This document shows, in pieces, positions 57,870-64,000 of a stretch of 64,000 nucleotides of DNA. Both the position numbers and the translations under genes were made by a program. Source of the DNA: Candidatus Levyibacteriota bacterium. GTDB taxonomy: Bacteria; Patescibacteriota; Microgenomatia; Levybacterales; UBA12049. The notes beneath the pieces are model-generated. The model had not been told where the DNA came from. It ran no database searches and saw only the letters and a program-made list of their open reading frames with translations. The stretch spans positions 376,012-440,011 of the forward strand of contig JAJDCG010000001.1 in NCBI GenBank assembly GCA_029260965.1. The letters are read 5' to 3'. How positions within the stretch are numbered: position 1 is the first letter of the stretch; every line of letters begins with the position of its first letter.

Positions 57870-58681
57870 AAAAGTCCCCTCTGGTTTCAGTAATTATTCC
57901 AACTAAAAATTCACGACTCACTATCAAAAAATGTCTTGAGAGTATAAAAAATCAGAGCTATAAAAAGATTGAGCTAATAGTTGTAGACAACAACTCGACT
58001 GATGATACCAAAAAGATTGCCTGGAAATATACAAAAAATGTTTTTAATCGAGGACCTGAGAGATCCGCACAAAGAAACTATGGTGCATCCAAATCTAGAG
58101 GCGCATATTTACTCTTTGTAGACAGCGATATGGTACTTTCCCGAAATGTGGTCAAAGAGTGTGTTGAGGTTGCGCAAAATTCAAATGCAAAAGGCATAGT
58201 AATTCCAGAGAAGTCAATTGGAGTTGGATTCTGGGCGAGGTGCAAAGCGCTTGAGCGAGAGTTTTATGTAGGAGTCGACTGGATGGAAGCTGCCCGCTTT
58301 TATGAGAAAAAAATATTTGATAAAACTAAGGGGTTTAATGAAAAGATGATAAGTGGAGAGGACTGGGATTTGTCGCAAAGAGTTGGTAGAATAGATAAAT
58401 TGGGGAGAATAAAAAGTTTTATATTACATGATGAAGGAAATCTTAGGTTTTTTGAGCTTCTTAAAAAGAAATATTATTACGCAAAGAATATTAATAAATA
58501 CAAGATCAATAAATCAGATATTTCTAATATAGCAAAACAAACTAGTGTCATTAATAGGTATGGTCTATTTTTATCAAAACCTGGTAAGTTATTGAATAAT
58601 CCAATAATCGGATTAGGTATGATTTTAATGAAGACTTCTGAGTTTATTTCTGGAGGAATGGGGATAATTTTAAAAAAATGA
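57866..58681 (+). CDS. GT2 glycosyltransferase
   Basis: VSVIIPTKNSRLTI, LIVVDNNSTDDT, VDSDM. Confidence 0.8.
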   Translation: MKKSPLVSVIIPTKNSRLTIKKCLESIKNQSYKKIELIVVDNNSTDDTKKIAWKYTKNVFNRGPERSAQRNYGASKSRGAYLLFVDSDMVLSRNVVKECVEVAQNSNAKGIVIPEKSIGVGFWARCKALEREFYVGVDWMEAARFYEKKIFDKTKGFNEKMISGEDWDLSQRVGRIDKLGRIKSFILHDEGNLRFFELLKKKYYYAKNINKYKINKSDISNIAKQTSVINRYGLFLSKPGKLLNNPIIGLGMILMKTSEFISGGMGIILKK

Positions 58682-59373
58682 AAAATATTATCAATGAAAA
58701 ACCTAATGGAAAATTGACAGGCAGATTGAAATTCACTGTTAAGAGTTTTGTAAAGAAAGAAGACATAAAAAATAAAAAAGTTTTGGATATCGGGTGTGGC
58801 TATGGCTGGTTTGAATTAAATGCATTAAAAAATGGTGTAAAAGAGATCGTAGGAATTGAAATAACCAAGTCCGATTTAAAAACTGCGAAAGAAAATATTC
58901 ATGATGAAAGAGCTTTGTTCAAAGTTGCTGGAGCTCTCAAATTACCCTTCAAAGACAATTATTTTGATACTGTTGTTGCTTGGGAAGTAATAGAGCATAT
59001 ACCAAAAGGCACTGAATACAAGATGTTTAAAGAAGTGAGTAGAGTATTGAAGAGGAATGGTACTTTTTATTTATCGACTCCTTTTGACTCTTTCTTTTCG
59101 AATTTTTTTGACCCAGCATATTGGCTAATAGGTCATAGGCATTATTCAAAGAAGATGTTGATTGACTTTTGTAAAAAAAATAATCTCGAAGTAGAAAAAA
59201 TATTTGTTAGAGGGGGATACTGGAATTTAGTTGGGTTATTAAATATGTATTTTTCTAAATGGATCCTCAGAAGAAATCCATTATTTCAAAAATACTTTGA
59301 GGAAAAAGAAAATCAAGAGTTTGGTAGTAAAAATGGATTTATGGATATTTTTGTCCAATATAAAAAAAGATAA
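58678..59373 (+). CDS. class I SAM-dependent methyltransferase
   Basis: Motif I VLDIGCGYGWF. Post-I acidic residue (EI). Motif LKRNGTFYLSTP. Confidence 0.75.
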   Translation: MKNIINEKPNGKLTGRLKFTVKSFVKKEDIKNKKVLDIGCGYGWFELNALKNGVKEIVGIEITKSDLKTAKENIHDERALFKVAGALKLPFKDNYFDTVVAWEVIEHIPKGTEYKMFKEVSRVLKRNGTFYLSTPFDSFFSNFFDPAYWLIGHRHYSKKMLIDFCKKNNLEVEKIFVRGGYWNLVGLLNMYFSKWILRRNPLFQKYFEEKENQEFGSKNGFMDIFVQYKKR

Positions 59374-59490
59374 AATTTTATATATTTCATTTTCCTAATC
59401 TCATTTCAGAATTTAAAATGGTTTTCATAAGGAAAGTGTTCTTGTAAAATCAAAGAGTTATTTTAAAATAAAATTTATTATAAATTATTT

Positions 59491-60474
59491 ATGAGCATAG
59501 AAAAAAAAGGTAACGGTAAAATATCTATAATTATTGTTAATTGGAATGGAAAAAAATGGTTAAAAAAATGTATTTCTTCATTGGAAAGCCAAACCTACAA
59601 AAATTTTGAAATAATTTTTGTTGATAATGCATCTACGGATGGCTCTGTTGCGTATGTAGAGAAAAATTTTCCAAAAGTAAAAATAATACAAAATAATGTG
59701 AATCTCGGGTTTGCAGGTGGAAATAACGTTGCCATAAATATGGCACAGGGAAAATATATATTGCTTATAAATAATGATACATGGGTAAACAATAATTTTA
59801 TTGAATTATTGATAAATTTTTACATATCGAACAAGTTCAATGTTGTATCCCCTAAGGAGTCTGATTACTCAGAGAAGAAAAGAGACGACTATGCATCAAA
59901 AATAGACGTATTAGGTCATTCAGTATACATTCGTAAAAAACTTCAAAGCGATACATCATTTTTCTTAACGGGAGTTTGCTTATTTTTTTCAAAAAAATTT
60001 TATCAAGAAACAGGAGGCTTTGATAACAATTTTTTTATGTATGCAGAAGAGGTTGATTGGTTTTGGAGACTTCGACTTTTTGGAAAAACTTTTTCTTATG
60101 CAGACAATATTTATATAAATCATGCAGGCGCTGGTAGTACTGGAACGGGCATCCAATATAATTTGTTTTTGTGGCGTAATCAAAATACGCTTCAGATGCT
60201 TCTCAAGAACTATAAATGGTATAATTTATTGTGGGTATTACCAGTTTACTTTTTTCAAAATATTATAGAAATAATATTTTTTTTACTGCTTCTTAAGCCA
60301 GGGATCGCTTATTCATACATTCGAGGCTGGTGGTTTAATGGTAAAAATTTTAATAAAATTATGAAAAAAAGAAGATGGGTACAGAAAAATAGAGTCGTAA
60401 ACGATAAGAAAATTTTTTTAAGTATGTATTTTGGTTTAGGAAAATTAAAACATCTACTAAATCATAGAATATAA
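59491..60474 (+). CDS. GT2 glycosyltransferase (rhamnosyltransferase-like, C-terminal TM)
   Basis: ISIIIVNWNG, IIFVDNASTDGS, YAEEVDW. C-terminal hydrophobic helix. Confidence 0.8.
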   Translation: MSIEKKGNGKISIIIVNWNGKKWLKKCISSLESQTYKNFEIIFVDNASTDGSVAYVEKNFPKVKIIQNNVNLGFAGGNNVAINMAQGKYILLINNDTWVNNNFIELLINFYISNKFNVVSPKESDYSEKKRDDYASKIDVLGHSVYIRKKLQSDTSFFLTGVCLFFSKKFYQETGGFDNNFFMYAEEVDWFWRLRLFGKTFSYADNIYINHAGAGSTGTGIQYNLFLWRNQNTLQMLLKNYKWYNLLWVLPVYFFQNIIEIIFFLLLLKPGIAYSYIRGWWFNGKNFNKIMKKRRWVQKNRVVNDKKIFLSMYFGLGKLKHLLNHRI

Positions 60475-60479
60475 TTAAT

Positions 60480-61181
60480 ATGAAAGTTTTAGAAATTGGC
60501 TGTGGACAGGGTTTTTTTTCATCCGTTCTTTCAAGCAGTAAAGATAAAAAAATCACAGGGATCGATTTATCAAGTAAAGATATTGATATTGCAAAAAAAA
60601 GATATCCTCATATCAATTTTTTATGGATGAATGCTGAAAAACTAAAATTTAAAAAAGATATGTTCGATGAAATTTATGCATTGGACGTCTTGGAGCATGT
60701 AGACAATCTGGAACGAGTTCTAAGTGAAGTTTCAAGAGTAATTAAAAAAGGAGGTTTATTTTATGTCAATATACCTGCGGAAAAATCAGAAAAATGGTTA
60801 TTAAAATTGAGACCAAATTACTTTAAGGAAATACATCATGTCAGGATTTTTAAAAATGAACAATTAGATAACTATCTAAAAGGAAAAGAGTTTATATTAA
60901 TCAAAAAAAAGCCGAGGGGTTTTATTCAGCATATTGAATTATATTATCTATTTACATCTAAAAATAAAGCAAATAGTCAATTAAGTGTAGGAAATTGGAG
61001 AAGTAATTGGATGTCCAAGTTCGTACATATTACTTTACTTTTTTTTGATCCTATTGTATTGAAAACCCCCCTAAGGTACTTGCCAATTTGGTTAATTACC
61101 CTTCCCTTAGGAAGTATTGTAAATGGCATAGGAAACAAATTTTTTCCAAAATCTATTTATTATATATTTAAAAAGAAATGA
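60480..61181 (+). CDS. class I SAM-dependent methyltransferase (paralog)
   Basis: VLEIGCGQGFF, IKKGGLFYVNIP. Confidence 0.75.
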   Translation: MKVLEIGCGQGFFSSVLSSSKDKKITGIDLSSKDIDIAKKRYPHINFLWMNAEKLKFKKDMFDEIYALDVLEHVDNLERVLSEVSRVIKKGGLFYVNIPAEKSEKWLLKLRPNYFKEIHHVRIFKNEQLDNYLKGKEFILIKKKPRGFIQHIELYYLFTSKNKANSQLSVGNWRSNWMSKFVHITLLFFDPIVLKTPLRYLPIWLITLPLGSIVNGIGNKFFPKSIYYIFKKK

Positions 61182-62392
61182 TTAAAATTCTGTACTCTCC
61201 ATGTCATTATAAATTTAGTAAAAGTGAAGGATCAGAATCATATTGGGCATATAATATTGCTGATAAGATTGCATCTGTTAATTATCGATCAATAGTTGTA
61301 ACTGGTTTTACTGAAGATAAAAATAAAAAATATCGAATTATAGAATTACAAAAAAATAAAACTGAGATTGATCTTTCGCTTATTAATGCATTGAAATTTA
61401 ATTTTTTATATTTTTTTGCTACAATATTTTTTTTGAAAAAGGAAAATTTTGATCTTGTCCATCATGTTTTACCATTTGGAATAGGTAGTACATTTAATCT
61501 TTCTGTAATACTTGGATTGACCAACAATAAGCCATTTATTGTTGGACCGATTCAAGGAGTGCTTCAGTATAGAGACGATGACATAAATAACTCAAACATA
61601 AGAATTGCTAAGCCTAACAAATCTATAAATTTTACATTAATTTTACAAAAAATTTTTTCATTTTTAACACAAAAATTATCATATAAAACTTTAAAAAAAT
61701 CTGATAAAATTGTTGTTATCGACGAGTGCTCAAAAGCTATTTTAATTAAGAATAATGTTCCGAGAGAAAAAATTATAATTATATCTCCAGGTATTGACTG
61801 CAATAAATATAAAAAGAATATAAGGAAAAAAATTAGACATAAAAAGATTATAATGGTTTCAAGTTATTTATTAAAAAGAAAAGCAATAGATTTTGTTATA
61901 AAGTCATACGATGAAGTGAGATATCTAAGAAATAATACAGAGTTAATAGTTGTTGGAGATGGGCCTCAGAAAAAAAATCTAGAAAAATTAGTTAAAAGAT
62001 TAAAATTAAAAAATTCAGTAAATTTCGTTGGACACGTTCCAAATAATGAAATAAGTAAATTCTATAGAAAGGCAGATATATTTGTAAGCATGAGTAGGGC
62101 TGAGAGCTGGGGACAGATGTATCTTGAGGCGATGGCTTCAGGCCTACCTATCGTCTCATCAAGAAATGTAGGATCTGAGAGTATAATAAAAGATGGAGAA
62201 TTTGGATATTTGGTAGATCAGGAGGATTATAAAGAGCTTGCAAAAAAGATAATATATCTAATAGACCATCCAGACGTGATGGAAAGATTTGGGAAAAAAG
62301 CAAGAAAAGAAGTAGAGGAAAAATATGATTGGGATCGTGTAGTTATACCAAAATATGTTAAACTGTATAAACAGCTAATAAATGAAAAGTAA
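61178..62392 (+). CDS. GT4 glycosyltransferase
   Basis: SRAESWGQMYLEAMASGLPIVSSRNVGSESIIKDGEFGYLV matches the EX7E motif. Confidence 0.8.
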   Translation: MIKILYSPCHYKFSKSEGSESYWAYNIADKIASVNYRSIVVTGFTEDKNKKYRIIELQKNKTEIDLSLINALKFNFLYFFATIFFLKKENFDLVHHVLPFGIGSTFNLSVILGLTNNKPFIVGPIQGVLQYRDDDINNSNIRIAKPNKSINFTLILQKIFSFLTQKLSYKTLKKSDKIVVIDECSKAILIKNNVPREKIIIISPGIDCNKYKKNIRKKIRHKKIIMVSSYLLKRKAIDFVIKSYDEVRYLRNNTELIVVGDGPQKKNLEKLVKRLKLKNSVNFVGHVPNNEISKFYRKADIFVSMSRAESWGQMYLEAMASGLPIVSSRNVGSESIIKDGEFGYLVDQEDYKELAKKIIYLIDHPDVMERFGKKARKEVEEKYDWDRVVIPKYVKLYKQLINEK

Positions 62393-63059
62393 ACAAATTA
62401 TTAATCAGCAAAATAGGTATTATGCAACTTATGCAAAAATACTGAGAAATCCAAGATATCGTAAGTCCTGGGATTATATATTTAAAAATATTAAAGGAAG
62501 AAAAAAAATTCTTGATATTGGATGTGCAGATGGGGAGTTTTTGACTCCATTTATTGAAAAAGGATATGATTGTTATGGATTGGAAGCAATCGACGAAGCG
62601 ATAAGAGATTCAAGAAAAAAAGGAATTAAGGTAAAAAAAGGTTCTTTTTTAGAAAAGTTTCCTTTTAGAGATAACACTTTTGACATCGTGTTTGCAGGAG
62701 AGGTGATTGAGCACACTTTTGATGATGATTATTTTCTCCGAGAAGCTAATAGAGTTCTTAAAAAGAATGGATTACTTATCATTACAACTCCAAATCTTGT
62801 TTCATTAGGTAATAGATTCTTGATGCTTTTAGGTCGTTTGCCTCGATTTGCATACGCCCCTTTTCATTACAGAATATATACCCCCGAACTTTTAAAAGAC
62901 AAGCTTACTAGTAATAAGTTTATAATAAAAAAATTTGAGTCGAGCTATATTCTTATATCTACTTATTTTAATAAATACGCTGGCTATTTTGGGGAAGCAA
63001 TGGGATCTGTGATTCCATTTTTTGGTGAACATATGATTTTATTTTCAAAAAAAAGCTGA
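62382..63059 (+). CDS. class I SAM-dependent methyltransferase (paralog)
   Basis: ILDIGCADGEF, LKKNGLLIITTP. Confidence 0.75.
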   Translation: MKSKQIINQQNRYYATYAKILRNPRYRKSWDYIFKNIKGRKKILDIGCADGEFLTPFIEKGYDCYGLEAIDEAIRDSRKKGIKVKKGSFLEKFPFRDNTFDIVFAGEVIEHTFDDDYFLREANRVLKKNGLLIITTPNLVSLGNRFLMLLGRLPRFAYAPFHYRIYTPELLKDKLTSNKFIIKKFESSYILISTYFNKYAGYFGEAMGSVIPFFGEHMILFSKKS

Positions 63060-63070
63060 ACGAATATATA

Positions 63071-64000
63071 TGAACCGTTATTGGAAAATGTTTAAAAAGA
63101 TTTATGACAAACATTTTTTCATAATCAACCTCATAACATCTATATACATCTTTTTTCTTATAATAAGTTTTTTTATCCCAGAGGCTAAATTTTTTTTGGT
63201 TGGGGAATATGTATTTTCTTTTGACTATCCAGGACACATACGAAACATAATAGCTGACTACAATAACGATTACGGAGAGTTGCTTAGTAGCACACAGTGC
63301 ATTGGTTGCCCTGACTTTTATCATTATTCACGTTGGTATTCACTTGTATTGTTTTTAATACTACAGTCAGGTGTGGTAATTGGACTCCATCCATTTATGT
63401 CATATCTTTTTTGGGCGATCTCTATGCAGATGTTGTCATTGTATATAAGTTTTAATTTATTTTTTAATAAATTAAATAAATTTGCATTTATTATTAGTTC
63501 AGCACTATTAATTCTATTTCCATATAAATATGCACTTTTGGGAAGTGGGGGCTTCTATGCATTAATCTATGCAATTATGATTATTTATCATTCGATGATC
63601 GTCTACATAATAAAAGATTTAAGTAAATATAAAAAAAGTTATATTTTGAAATACTCATTTTTTATAGGTGTTGCAGCTTCATTTTTCTTAAATATAGGAA
63701 TAGGCTATTTCCCAATTGTAGTTTATTCAACTCTTATAATTTTTTTGTATTTTTGGAAGCAAATTTTCAAAAATATAAGGAAATTTATTTTGTTGCTGAT
63801 TCCAATAGGGATATTGCCTATTTTATTAAATTTGCCAATGGTGCTTTCGGTTATATTAGCTAGTAAAAATGCGTCAAGGGTTTATCTAGACTTCTCGTCG
63901 TATGATTTTTTAGATGCATTTACTGGAGGATTATTCTTCTATAGCGATTTAAAATTAGGAGGAGCATTGCTAATTCTTTTATTGATTTATTTTGTATCGG
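63071..64000 (+). CDS. polytopic membrane protein, 3' end beyond window (possible polymerase / GT-C)
   Basis: Reading by hand, the frame stays open from the ATG at 63071 to the window end and encodes a highly hydrophobic multi-TM protein. It is not in the supplied ORF track, presumably because no stop lies in the window. Confidence 0.35.

Noticed and set aside
1-64000. CRISPR arrays, transposases, integrases, phage genes.
   Set aside because: Scanned both strands for regularly spaced direct repeats and for DDE/tyrosine-recombinase motifs and found none. The only repeats seen are the short junction motifs at 54.15 and 56.65 kb and the 7-nt tract at 50.2 kb.

Overview
AT-rich, gene-dense bacterial window with mostly short, coupled or overlapping genes; almost no long non-coding stretches. 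The combination of an archaeal-type AspRS, a short GluRS, a four-helix-bundle protein and PTPS-related membrane proteins suggests a Candidate Phyla Radiation (Patescibacteria)-like genome, but that is an inference.

Part 1. Positions 1-25.4 kb carry ordinary housekeeping and envelope genes. These are riboflavin synthase, Nramp/MntH, a secreted cupredoxin, archaeal-type AspRS, a D-Ala-D-Ala carboxypeptidase, a 781-aa membrane protein of unknown function, GluRS, a PAP2-like protein, DgkA, tRNA-Gln(CUG), TruB, a Na/Ca exchanger, a KefB-like CPA2 antiporter with RCK domain, a YdeN-type hydrolase, an acyltransferase-3 protein, an HMBD-DoxX-like membrane protein, a greA-recJ operon, the CCA-adding enzyme, Lon, and a frameshifted RpoA-alpha-CTD-like ORF in a GC-richer islet. 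tRNA-Glu(CUC) lies at 25351-25423.

Part 2. Starting 45 nt after tRNA-Glu and running past the window end (25468 to >64000, at least 38.5 kb) is one near-unidirectional glycosylation super-locus. It holds 9 GT2 and 4 GT4 glycosyltransferases, three of the GT2s being DPM1/GtrB-like polyprenyl-phosphate sugar synthases. It also holds 2 Wzx/MOP-type flippases, GalE, 3 small paralogous SAM methyltransferases interleaved with GTs, and a four-helix-bundle (23S IVS-type) protein. Most strikingly, it contains at least 10 polytopic GT-C-type membrane proteins: one GT87/DUF2029-like, six PMT_2/ArnT-like (four of them close paralogs), two tandem PTPS-related membrane proteins, one YfhO-like, and further uncharacterised multi-TM proteins. 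This looks like an expanded lipid-linked, extracytoplasmic glycosylation system (protein or cell-surface polymer mannosylation/glycosylation) with many acceptor-specific GT-C enzymes. It is the most interesting content of the window.

No CRISPR array, transposase or integrase was recognised. Family assignments rest on motifs read directly from the translations; no database search was run.
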